64,000 bases of DNA from Callorhinchus milii (lineage: Eukaryota). The stretch's first letter is position 1. Every line of letters begins with the position of its first letter. Below are positions 1-11,461 of the stretch, in pieces. Under the pieces are notes generated by a model. The model was not told the DNA's origin, did not search any database, and saw nothing but the letters and a program-made list of their open reading frames with translations. Position numbers and translations under genes: made by a program. The DNA is taken from positions 108,936,001 to 109,000,000 of the forward strand of contig NW_024704742.1 of assembly GCF_018977255.1 (NCBI RefSeq), read 5' to 3'.

Positions 1-899
1 CATTTAAAAAGGCCAAATATTTTAATAGCTATGCCAAGCAATTACTTCAAAATTGACTAGAATATTTTTAAAAAAGGACAGTGCTATAGATACTCAGGAC
101 TTCTATGAATAAATTGAAATACAAGCAGTGAGGTTCAAATAATTATTACAATAAAAGTTTTAATCTAAAAGGCATTTCCATAATATTGGTAATACAGGTT
201 GTCCTTTTCACCAGGGTATTTTTGTGCTGCTTTAGATGAGACACTTAAGTTGGAACTGAGTTGGTAGTATAAAATTCCTTTGACCAGACCCAGTAATGTT
301 AACTCTGGTGATTTCAGTTCTCTGGACCAGCTGCCTTAGTGAAGTTGTAACGTGCTGCCTTTAGTAAAGAAAAGGTTTTAATTTGTGCCCACTTAAACTG
401 GATTGAGATTTCATAAATTTATGGTATGACATTTATATTAGCAGTGATGGGATACTTTTTCTGATCAGACAGATACTAAGTGAAAGTACTCTTCCCATGC
501 TTTTTGCTTAAAATCTGATATTCATTCCTTGTTCAATTGGAGGAAAGACTGCCATACATATGTTCACATGAAGGGAGAGATGGAAGAATAATCAGAAATC
601 TGAGGCACATACAAAAGTGCATGTAACTAGTGTGCCTTAAACTGATCTTTTTTGGGGGGTGGGGGTAGTGGTAAGAAGCTGTTGTATCCATTGATCCTGT
701 CTTTATCCAAGAAATACGTCTGACTGCCATAGAAATGTGGGTTTGAAATACTGTCACACCTACTTGTGATACTGTAGGACATTGAAATTGACCCTTGTTC
801 TATTCTGGGAATGGTCTTTGCTTTGGCAGAATATTCATCTGATGCTGCTTGAGTGCTCGTCCTGCATTAACTCCATGAGTGATTCTCAGTTTGCTGTAC

Positions 900-1185
900 T
901 ATCCCCCAGTGCCTTCGCCTTGCTTCCTCCCTTTCCTCCTTCAAGGCCGGTCTCAAAACCTTTCTCTTTGACCGTGCCTTCAGCTCCCCTCTCGACTCTC
1001 TTCCCCCTCCTCGCTCCCTCCCTTCCCTCCCCTCACCCTGACCATTTCCCCCTCCTCGCTCCCTCCCTTCCCTCCCCTCACCCTGACCATTTCCCCCTGC
1101 TCGGGTCATGACCCAACTGTGCAGCGCCTTGGGACGTCCTCCTGACGTGAAAGGCGCTTTATAAATGGAATCTTGTTGTTGTTGT
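900..1185 (+). mobile_element. L2 LINE 3' fragment with internal 45-bp tandem duplication
   Basis: ends agcgccttgggacgtcctcctgacgtgaaaggcgct...(ttg)n like the other L2 copies; ttccccctcctcgctccctcccttccctcccctcaccctgacca block duplicated (second copy partial). Confidence 0.85.
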
Positions 1186-1792
1186 ATTATACGTTAATGC
1201 AAGCTGACAGATGAAGGGGGAAAACTAGGTCTCTGACAGGACTTGGGGTTCAAGTTAGTCTACGTACATAGATGTACAGCTAACTGTTGTGGTTTTGATA
1301 GTTTAGTATTCTCTAACTGTTACTGTTGGAAATGTATGTAGACCAGTTTATGATCAACTCAAAGCCTTCAAATCCATCATGTCCTGCTTTTTTAAAAAAA
1401 AACTGGGTAACAATATTGTGCAATCCTGGAGAGTGGTAGGATGTGGGTTTTGCATCTGCAGTTTCCTTAGTGGCATGTACCCAGCTTTGGATATGTTGTT
1501 AGGTTCGTGTGCCAAGTAGATGCTAAACACTTCCACATGGTGGAAAAGTTATGGTGCGAGTTCCCCAGGTTAACAGCTGACTTGAGAGGCATTGGTAGAG
1601 GTGTGTAGGTTGTTGTGTGTAATGACATCAAAGTGGATTAGAATTTAAAATGATACTAATGAAGAGCAATGTCTGGAAGATTCAAGAAAATGTAGCTGTA
1701 ACAAATTGTTAATTTTATTAATGATAACATAAGGTCATAGATAGGTGTCAATTGGTAGCAGTCGCAGAAGGTTGTGAATTCAAGCCTAAAGC

Positions 1793-2215
1793 AGCAGATT
1801 ACATTTATATTATTTTGGAAGGACGTCCCAAGGCATTGGATAGTTACGGGTTTGCACTCAAGCTGGAGGTTGGAATTGAGGGGTGGAGGTTAGGGTTTGT
1901 GTGGGAGGATGACCGAAGGTACGGTTAAAGAGGAAGGTTATGAGACTGGCCTTGAAGCAGGCAAGGGAGGGGGTGAGGCAGAGGGATTCCAGTATGGATT
2001 TCCGGAGCGTGGGGGCAGAAAGGTTGAAGGCTCGACCACCAATAGTGTGTCGGGCAGGGCCTGGGTCATGGAGTATGCCAGTGCCTGCGGAGGGAGCGGA
2101 CAAGTTGGTATGGTGTTAATAGGTTGCACAGATGGGGAGGAGCACAACCGTAGAGGGCTTTAGAATTGAGGATTTTAAACTTGAACTTCTGAGGCATGGG
2201 GAACCGGATGGGGGC
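1793..2215 (-). mobile_element. L2 LINE 3' fragment
   Basis: minus-strand translation IRFPMPQKFKFKIL..., TIGGRAF..SAPTL...SLACFKASL.TFLF, homologous to the L2 ORF2 C-terminus in other copies. Confidence 0.85.
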
Positions 2216-3734
2216 AATTGGTTCAGGGAGCTTGGTACAGAAGACCACATGAGCTGCAGAGTACATTCGTTACACTTCGCAGTAAAAATATTGTTAAGTG
2301 CTTTGAGTCGTCCTCCCAATGTGAGAGAAGCTATACCAAATGTAAGAATTATTATTTATTAAAATGTATGATGAGTGTTTTCTTATTGCTTGAGAAAAAA
2401 TAACCACAACCAGCTTTGACGAAAAGCTTATGTGGATTTATGAAAAACATACTCCTTTCACCTCCTGCCATCTTGCATTGTTTTATGCCCTTTTTAAACC
2501 AGTGCTCCTTTCTTTCCAAGACTCCCAATCTGCTGCTGTTTTCCCCCTATAAATGCAGCTGATCATTCCTATGATTTTTTAAAAAAATCTGCATTTATTT
2601 CTTACAATCCACGACATTAAATTTAATTGGAATATTCATCCTGCAAAATAAACATTCCTGTCCTGCGAGTACCACTGATTTTGACTTGTCAGATGGTACT
2701 GTGGATCATAGGTTTTGTTAAGAAAAATTACAGTACTCTAATATTCTTTAAATACAGGCAGTAAAGACTGTAAGCTCCAAACTCAATTATTTTTATATAA
2801 TTCTTAACCAGATCTCAGTCAACTGCCCAGGTGACATTTTATAATGCTTATGGCTATCACAGTTGGCCCTTCATAGTTTTACATAAAGGTCACAATAGAA
2901 ATTATTTGCTTGACGTCCCCACTTGACTTGCACTGTACGTACACAGTGTTCTGTTCAGATATCTTCGTTTCTACATGGCAAAAGGCCTAGATTGTGAGGT
3001 CAACTTACACTTTGACTATTTTGTTAAAGTGAAAATGCAAATTAATTTTTTTGTGTGAATCCATCTGGCTTTCACATTCTTCTGGGTCAGAGACACCTAA
3101 TTCAAGCTATTATAATTTACACCATTGAATGCTACTTTGAATTATACAAGGGGTACTAATCATTTATAATATTTATTTACAATATATCAGTGGTTCTCAT
3201 CATATCAAATCTCAATGTGTCATTTAGTTGAGAGCTGCCGCCAAAGCCTTTGCTTAGCCTTTTCAACTTATTTTTGGTTTGCTATATTGTTTAGCAGGAA
3301 TTTTTTTTGAACGCTAACCTGGTGTGAAGAGCACTACATAAATGCAAGGTGTTGTCTGCTAGTTCTGCACATTGTCAGTTTACAGAGAATAACTAAAGTA
3401 AGGGACAGCACTGGTAGGCTCTTCCAACTATGAATGTTTGTATATTTAACTATATATGCTTTGTATATATTTCAGTACAGAACTCTATTGAATTATTTTT
3501 CTACTTGCATGTAGTTTTTAATAACTTCATTTGACTTTTTCAAGTTTCTATAGAACATTTCTATTCAGGGTTGAAGCTGTATTGAACAATTTTACATATT
3601 ATGTATAAAGTATTCAAGTTTATAAACATGTTAATTACTATATATAATCCTAATATGTAGTACTTTCTATGCTGAACTTTTTTGGTTCCAGAGATGTACC
3701 AACTTATGAAATGCAGAATTTTGTTTTTTGTTTA

Positions 3735-4290
3735 TTTTTTTTGGTCAACCGGTTGTCTTAACACATGTGGAAACCTATCACCGTGCTTAAGAGTAATCAA
3801 ACCAAACTGTGATTTCCATGCATCCCACCTACATATGGAAATTCCAGAGATAGATTGTTGGAATGTAATGTGCACTCTCCCTGGAGGGATGCAGGCTGCT
3901 TACCTAATTCCAGAAAGAATTAGGCACAAGTTGGCAAGAGCCAAGGCTTGGGGTACTGCTGGAGTCTAACCAGCTAAAACTGTATAGCGTGCCATTGATA
4001 GCACTGTATGCAAGCTTTTCCACTGCTTGTCCATCTAGGACCACCTACCTATTAGGGATTTGGCTTGCAGGGTTAACAGGAGCTGAGTGGGAGGATTCCC
4101 TGCCTGCAGTGGCTGGTCTGCCCTTCCAAGACCTGCCGATGAGTTAAACTGGCTGTGCTGTCATCAGCAGTGCCCTGGAGTACTGCGGATGCACCTGGCT
4201 CAGAAACCGGAATGCCACAGAAGGTTGGCTCGATTCTGACATTCAGTTGCCAAACGTGTCACCTTCGGTTCCAAGGAGACTCCACTTACT
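3735..4290 (-). repeat. Unclassified interspersed repeat, copy A (T-run + GGTCA terminus)
   Basis: Homologous to 5833-6265, 9768-10057, 38265-38830 and 55286-55460; orientation inferred from the shared A-run end. Confidence 0.8.
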
Positions 4291-4413
4291 GATCCCCCAA
4301 GGAGTATCGTTATTAGCTTGTTTGACATCCGACAAGCATGGGTTTGAGTCCTCACTAGGTGGATGGTAGATTCCAGGAACGCCCTGTGAGATTGCCGGTG
4401 TGTAGCACAGCTT

Positions 4414-4709
4414 TAATCCTTACATTTGATATAGCGCTTTTCATGTCTTCTAGACGTCTCAAAGTGCTTCACAGAATAGACAATAAAGTGAATTGACTGG
4501 ATATTTGTGGGCGAAATGCGGCAGCCAATTGCACACAGCAGTGTCCCACAAACAGTTGTGGATTGAAATGACCAATTTATTTTTATTTTGAGGGATTATT
4601 ATCAGCCATGTGGAGTAAGGAAACTTGCCCAAGGTTTCATCCTGCCAGGAATCAAATCCAGGTCTCTCGCTTGCAAAGCGAATGCTCTAACCACTGAGCT
4701 ACAGGACTC
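4414..4709 (-). mobile_element. tRNA-Ala-derived SINE
   Basis: reverse complement of GGAGTCCTGTAGCTCAGTGGTTAGAGC... head and ATCAAATGCAAGGATTA tail. Confidence 0.92.
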
Positions 4710-5087
4710 TAGAGCTCAGCAATAACTAATTTAATTTTTTAAGTTAGGCTTGCAATGAATCCTTTGACATGAAGAGCAAATGCTTTGAGCCCTCTTAAAT
4801 ATATTGAAGGTACCAAACTACCCAGCATTATTTAATAACACCCATATGTTCAGAGCCAAATGAAAAGAGCAGTTCAGATTTAAAAAATGCATTGTTTATA
4901 TTTTCTCCATACAAAATACTTGCCACCAAACTTGTATTACTGTATAAAATGGGATCTTGACACTGGTGTTGGAGTTTTATTCATAAGTTAATGTATTTTT
5001 TTTTAAAAAGAGCCCTTCTCATATAGGTTGATTCAGATGAACACAATTATTTGTGGCTTGTTTTGCATTTTAGAATTGAAGGTCAGT

Positions 5088-5590
5088 TAGGGGTGCATCG
5101 TAGGTTCACCAGAATATTATCAGGCTTAAAGGGGTTAAGTTACGAGGAACGTCTGCGTAAACTTGGATTGTATTCCTTTGCGTTTAGAAGGTTGGGAGGC
5201 GATTTGATTGAGGTATTTAAGATGATAGAGAGATTCAATAGGGTGGATACGGAGAAGCTTATTTCCTCTGGTGGGGGAATCCAAAACAGGGGGTATAGTC
5301 TTAAAGTTAGAACCAGCCCATTTAAGAGTGAAATCAGGAAGCATTTTTTCACTCAAAGGGTGGTAGATATCTGGAATTCTCCGCCAAAAGGCTCTGGATG
5401 CTTGGTCCATCCACATCTTCAAGGGTGAGGTTGATAGATTTTTGGGAGATCAGGGTATTAAGAGATATGGGGAGAAAGTGGGAAATTGTAATTGAAAGGA
5501 TTAGTTGAGGTACAGATCAGCCATGATCTAATTAAATAGTGGAACAGGCTCGAAGGGCCAAATGGCCTCCTCCTGTTCCTACGTTCCCAT
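5088..5590 (+). mobile_element. CR1 LINE 3' fragment
   Basis: VHRRFTRIL.GLKGLSYEERL.KLGLYS...RRL.GDLIEVFK...IRKHFFTQRVVDIWNS plus 3' UTR ggcctcctcctgttcct. Confidence 0.92.
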
Positions 5591-5832
5591 CTGTCAAAGT
5601 TAACCTTTAGAAGTTAATAATAATGGCTTTATTTTCAAAAGTCATAATTATTTGATTCTTAATGCGTTCTGTGTATATCAAGTCCATATATACTACTGTA
5701 ATATAATTTTAATCAGAAATACATGTTGAATATTGTAGTATATTTTCACTTATAGAAATGCACATTGAATACTGTGAACAGAAAAGAAAGGCTTTGTACA
5801 GAATGTTAGATAGTGCCGAGGGGAAAGAAAAT

Positions 5833-6265
5833 GGGGTCTCCTTAAAGCTGAACTGTTTCCAAGATGACGTGTTTGGCAAAGCAATGTCAGAATCGAGCCT
5901 AACCTATGGTGGTCTTGGTATCGAATTCCTGAGCAGTAAGGGTCTGTCATACACCAGAGGGACTGCTGATCACAGCATAGTTAGCACGTCTCATCGGCAG
6001 CACTTGAAAAGGCAGAACAATCAATCACTGGGGGCCTGGATGCTTCCCACTCAGATCCTCAATGCACACTCTGGGGTTCCCAAGCCTTGGCTGTTGTCAA
6101 TCTGTGCCTAATACTCTCAGCAATTAGGTAAGCTGGATGTGTCCCTCCAATAAATATCTTGGGAATTTTCATGTATAGGGGATTCATGGGATACTGCTTG
6201 GTTGGTATACTCTTAAGCATGGTGATGAGTTTCTGCGAGTAACAGACATATTGCTGACCAAAAAA
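5833..6265 (+). repeat. Unclassified interspersed repeat, copy B (ends TGACC-AAAAAA)
   Basis: Reverse complement of copy A segments (aatgtcagaatcgagcc, ccaagccttggct, gtgcctaat, ctcttaagcatggtgat). Confidence 0.78.
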
Positions 6266-6952
6266 TCGTGAAGCTAATCACTTTTCTTCTGTTTGGAAAT
6301 GTGGAAGTATATTCTCTTGTGCACATGCATATTGAAGTATAGCAGACTAATAAATGCAATATGGCATTTGATTTAACGGATAGTTGGCTAGCAAATTACA
6401 AGGTGGTTGCACCTTTGTTACAAAATACAGTCTTGCTACACTTCACAGTAAATTCCTGTGAAGCACTGTGAGACGTTTTAATGGTGTGGTTAGGCACTTT
6501 ATCAAATGCAAAGATTATTATAAATTGCAAACTGAGTTATGATTCGCTTAAAGTATGGTGAATCTGTATGGATTTCTGAAGGACTATGGCAGCATTTTAG
6601 ATTTGGAAGTAAAATTTTAATTGGAATAGATGTACAAATTTACATTTTACGATTGCTTTTGAAAATCTACAGAATACCTTTTGAGAATTTAATTCTGTAG
6701 TTTGGTAAATACTTTCAGGTATTTAGGAAAATTCAACTATTGATGTAGTTAATGTTTCAAAGTGTTTCATACGATTTCCTGTAAATTGTAGTGATTGTAT
6801 TTTGTAAGCAAGTATAGCAGTCAATTTCCAAGTCCCGAGATGGGGCTGGAACTTCCAAACATCTGATTCTGAGACGAGACTGCTTCCAACTGAGCCACGC
6901 TGTCATCTAATGCAATTTACAATTCAATAAATATCTTACCAAGATCCAATGT

Positions 6953-7278
6953 GGAGTCCTGTAGCTCAGTGGTTAGAGCACTCACTTTGCAAGCGAGAGA
7001 CCTGAGTTCAATTCCAGGCAGGTCAGGGCGAAACCTTGGGCAAGTTTCCTTACTCCACACGCCTAATAATAATCCCTCCAAAACCAAAAACAATAATAAA
7101 TTGGTCATTTTCAATCTACGACTGTTTGTGGGACATTGCTGTGCGCAATTGGCTGCCGCGTTCGCCCACAAATATACAGTCAATTCACTTTACAGTGTGT
7201 TCTGTGAAGCGCTTTGGGACGTCCTCCTGACGTGAAAAGCGCTATATCAAATGCAAGGATTATTATTATTATTATTAT
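6953..7278 (+). mobile_element. tRNA-Ala-derived SINE, young full-length copy
   Basis: A/B-box head, TGC anticodon-like loop, L2-like tail, (ATT)n; flanked by AATGT direct repeats (6948-6952, 7279-7283). Confidence 0.95.
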
Positions 7279-7537
7279 AATGTTTGTGTCACAGTAAATG
7301 GTGTTAAAGTGAAAGTCTGTAATCAAGTTTTTAATTGAAATCAGTTGTCTAAGGGTTATGTAACAACTTTCCTATATGTAGTGTATGTGTGTGTATATAT
7401 ATATATATAGACACATACACACACGCGATTTGATGTCAAATAAGCTATTCTAAAGTTAGTTTGAAAATTCTATATAATAACTTCTATATAAAATTGTTTC
7501 TTATCCTATAACTGATTATTGCCCTTTTTATTTACAG

Positions 7538-7585
7538 AATTCATCCACATCTCAACCAACAATTCAATTCCAGGGTCTCCAAGGC
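7538..7585 (+). CDS. ELL2: ELL2 coding exon 2 (48 nt)
   Basis: tttacag|AAT...GGC|gtaagt; translates NSSTSQPTIQFQGLQG, matching the recalled vertebrate ELL2 exon 2 (..PSIQFQGLHG); phase 0/0. Confidence 0.93.
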
Positions 7586-7697
7586 GTAAGTAAAACCATT
7601 TTTAGATAATAATAAGACGACAAAAATTTGTTTAAAATGTTTGAGCAATAAACAGGTTGGAAAATGAGAGTTGAGCTCCGACTTTGCTTTTTGATGA

Positions 7698-8109
7698 CTT
7701 GCTGTACCCGTTGCAGCTACGCTTGCAACCAGTTTAATTTAATCGGCTTTCTGTTTTTCATTTGGCATTTTTATTAGTCCTTGAAAGGCTAGATCTTTGC
7801 TTCTTAGCTATCTTTATCCCTTAAGATTAAGAAAATGTACTATTGAACTGGTTAGCATCCCTTGTTCATGTATTGCTCCCAGCGAGAGCGCCCCCAGCGG
7901 CAGCCCCCCCCCCCCCCCCCCCGGCGTGTGCAAATATGTGAACAAGGGATGCTAACGAGTTCAGTAACACATTTTCTTAATCTTAAGGGATAAAGATACC
8001 TAAGAAGCGAAGATCAAACCTTTCAAGGGCAAATAAAAATGCCACATGAAAGAGAGAAGGCCAATTAAATTAAACTGGTTGCAAGGGTAGTTGCAACGGG
8101 TACAGCTAG
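7698..8109. mobile_element. Palindromic non-autonomous element with ~180-bp arms and Helitron-3'-like termini
   Basis: 7698-~7876 is the reverse complement of ~7930-8109 (about 20 differences by eye); subterminal hairpins, CTAG/CAAG ends, flanks A and T. Confidence 0.75.
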
Positions 8110-8110
8110 T

Positions 8111-8409
8111 TAATAATAATAATAATCCTTGGATTTGATCTTTGATATCTTTGAGATGTCTCAAAGCGCTTCACAGAATATACTGTGAAGTGGATTGACT
8201 GTACATTTTGTGTTGCGCACAGCAGTGTTCCAGAAACAGTCGTGGATTGAGTGACCAATTTATTTTTGAAAGAATTATTACCCCCGGAAAAAAATCGGCA
8301 ATCGACCAACAACTGGATTCCTATTTACTGCTACATTTCGCCCTGCTGGGAATCGAGCCCATGTCTTGCTTGCCAGGCGAGTGCTCTAACCACTAAGCTA
8401 TAGGGCTCC
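8111..8409 (-). mobile_element. tRNA-Ala-derived SINE (diverged long variant)
   Basis: (AAT)n tail at 8111, head ...gtgctctaaccactaagctatagggctcc. Confidence 0.88.
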
Positions 8410-9767
8410 ACCCTTAAGCAAGGTGATGCGTTTCCGCATGTCTCGGACACCCTGCTGACCAAATTCCGTACATATTTTCAATAGTGCCATGGGGTCTTTA
8501 AGCTTCACCTGAACGGGTAGATGGGATCTCTGTTTAACGTCTCATCTGATGACTAAAAGAGAACACGCTAAATAGCTCTACAGTATTTTGAAAATTTGCA
8601 GTCTGTGCCATTTTGGATTGTTTTAAAATAGAAAAACTGCAAAACCTGGAAGTTTCCCAGTTGACAAACCCAAGATACCTATTGGTTTGCAGGCTATTAA
8701 CTTGCAATTGCAAAATCTATGCCTATTCCCGTAAATATTGTCGTTTCAGGTGTGAGGAATGGTGAGTTAGGAGTGCAGTACAAGGAGCAATTGTATTCAT
8801 TGTTTGTCTTACTGGTCTTGTTTGGCACACTGGTTATTTCTCTGAACACCATTTGCTCAGATGCTTAAATTACTGTTACTGGAGAAAGTAAATTGTACAA
8901 TCGAATTTTACTCTATTTTAATGTTATTTTGACCATTGGCATCAATCGTTGAACTTTTAAGATTAAAGTTTTTTGTTTTACTGTAACCTGAGCTTTGATT
9001 TAGTATTCTACATCATCCAAAAAAAACTATTTCAGCCTGCTTCAGTTGAGAAATTTATAGCACTTCATGTTTATTTAACAAATTAATCCAGCCACATCTT
9101 CCAATTTTCCAATATCCTGGCCAGTAATCCTCCAAATTAAATGATGATTCACCTCTTGGCTGTTTGTGGGATCTTGCTGGCATAAAGGGATGCTTTGGTT
9201 GCCTACAAAAACAGTGGTTATACCTGACAGTAATTATAGAGGAGCCTTATTTGAACATGGTGTTTCGGATCCATAAATTCCTAAATTCTCTCCAGTGAAG
9301 TGTAATAGTAGGATTTGCTGTACATGCACGTAGACAACCTTCTTGCTTTCTGCGCATATTCGCGCACTAAACGATTTCCAGTTCATTGGGTCACCACCAA
9401 AATCACTTGCTGTTTTATGTGCAAGGAAGGAAGTGACATTGGTTACCTGATGAACCAGAAGATGTTTTTTTTTAAAAGTGTGGAAAACTATAAACAACTG
9501 ACTTCCAGATCATTTGATCCTTTCCAATGTCACTTCCTCCTTTGCACTTGATCTAGAAATGAGCCATTTAAGCACAAAAAGCCAGTTAAGCAGTGAATGG
9601 ATTTGGACAATGCAGCCATATTGTAAGCAATTTTGTGCTAAAGTGAAACGCCCTTTAGTGGGGCTGCTCTGTACTTGTTGAACTTTGTGACATTTTAGTA
9701 AATGGAAGATCTTTTGTAAATGAAAGATTTTTTAAAATTTAATTTGATATGGCTATGCATCATCTTG

Positions 9768-10057
9768 TTTTGGTCAACTGGGTGTGTGACACAAGTGAAA
9801 AACCATCACAGTGCTGAAGAGTATCCAAACCAAACTGAGATTTCCATGTATCCCAGCTACACATGGAATTCCCTGAGATAGATTGTTGGAATGGAATGTG
9901 CACTCTCTCCCTGGAGGGACGCATCCTGCTTACCTAATACCGGAAAGGATTAGGCACAGGTTGGGGACCCCAGAGTTTTGGAGTCCAGCCAGCTACAACT
10001 GCATAACTTGCCATTGATATCGCTGTCTGGCAAGCTTTCCCGCTGCTTGTCCAGCTT
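9768..10057 (-). repeat. Unclassified interspersed repeat, copy C
   Basis: ttttggtca...gagatagattgttggaatg...ccctggaggga...gcttacctaat shared with copy A. Confidence 0.8.
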
Positions 10058-11461
10058 GGACAGAGCAGGCAATATTTTCGAGGTGGAAAAATTGTACCAT
10101 TTTGTTTTGTGCATCTCGTAATTACTCATATTGTCTGAAAAAAGTTGCTCACTTTGACTTCTCCATTTGCTTCCAGTCACCAAATTTCATGGATCCTTAC
10201 CCTTTAATGCCTAAATGTGAAATGGTTGTGCTTGAATGTGCCAATTTTCTGTTTGGAAAGACTTCTATAATATCCTCCATTCTCCTCAATTTAATCAGAA
10301 GTAAAGTTTAAATATGTCCTAATTTCTTGCTGAATGTATTACAAAGAATATTATCTTATGTATGAAAAGTGTGGTTGGCATGTGTGATGACAATGGAAAT
10401 CAAAGAGCTCATTATTTATACATGCTTTCTTATGTATTGTAAGTGGTGCAAAAGATGGCAGTGCACCAAGCTGAAATAGTGTATGTCGAATGTTGATACA
10501 ATAGTGCATACAAATACTGTTTTGCACCATGGGTATTTGCAAGCACATTGTGCTTTGTACTGTCAGTAAAAGATGTTCCCTATATTTATAGAATTCAGAA
10601 AATGACCTATTGTATTTGGAATCTACAAATCTATTGATATTTTGAAAATTGACAAACTGATGTGTTTGAATATCGGTTTGGGATGTAATTTAGCCTGGAT
10701 TAGAAGACCTTCTCAATTTCTTTAATTGAATAGTTGAAAGAAGCACCTTGTGATCCATCACCATAGACCCTCTCTGTGAGCTTTTCCTTTCCCAGAAATG
10801 GACTGAGGTTAAAAGTGTGATCCTGTTAAAGCCCCTAATGGACTATTGTGATTGTTTTAAAGCAGAGTTGCCAAATGCTATACCTGCAACTGTAAACTAA
10901 TCTTTTTAGATTAAATATTTACATGATGGCAGGGGGGTGAGTAGTACAGTGGGCCAGATACTGCCCTTTCACCAAAGTGAGTTCAAAGCTACTGATAGGC
11001 TTAAAAAAGGAGGGAGGGGCTTTGAAGATTTACAAGTGGAGTGCCTCAGAGGTTTATACAGACAATAACAACTTACATGTATATAGCTCCCTTCATGCAG
11101 AGTAGCAACTCGGAGCCCTTAGCAGTGGAGGAACCTGATGTGGAACTGGAGGGAGGGAGGCGGTAACCGTAACATAGCGCCCTTCACGTTTGGGAGGAGG
11201 CTGTCCTGTTGCCACCAATGCATCACTAACCCCAGAGATTACCCCAGAGTAAATTTATCTTGTATTGTCTTAACACAAAGCAAATTGAAGCTACCTGATA
11301 AAATTGTTAGAGCTGTTACGATAGTTGGAGGCCCATTTAGCTTTGTAAACTACTTGAGTTTTGCTCTCGTAGTTTCGTAACCTCAATTCTTTTTAACATT
11401 CTGAGTACTTTAATAGGAAACAGAAGGTTCTGGGTTCACATCTTTTGGGGGGTTGAGGGAA

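Noticed and set aside
6953..7030. Apparent tRNA-Ala(TGC) genes at SINE heads
   Set aside because: D, anticodon and T arms are tRNA-like, but the 3' side of the acceptor stem does not pair with GGAGTCC and each head runs into a SINE body
9447..9517. Box C/D snoRNA or hammerhead ribozyme call from CTGATGA
   Set aside because: Box C lacks the purine, the terminal D box is TTGA, I recognise no rRNA guide, and there is no properly stemmed GAAA core; kept only as a note in the inverted-repeat finding
9296..9622. Possible poison exon (cctaaattctctccag|TGA... ATT|gtaagc)
   Set aside because: The acceptor is plausible, but the donor context is weak and such pairs arise by chance; unsupported without RNA-seq or conservation
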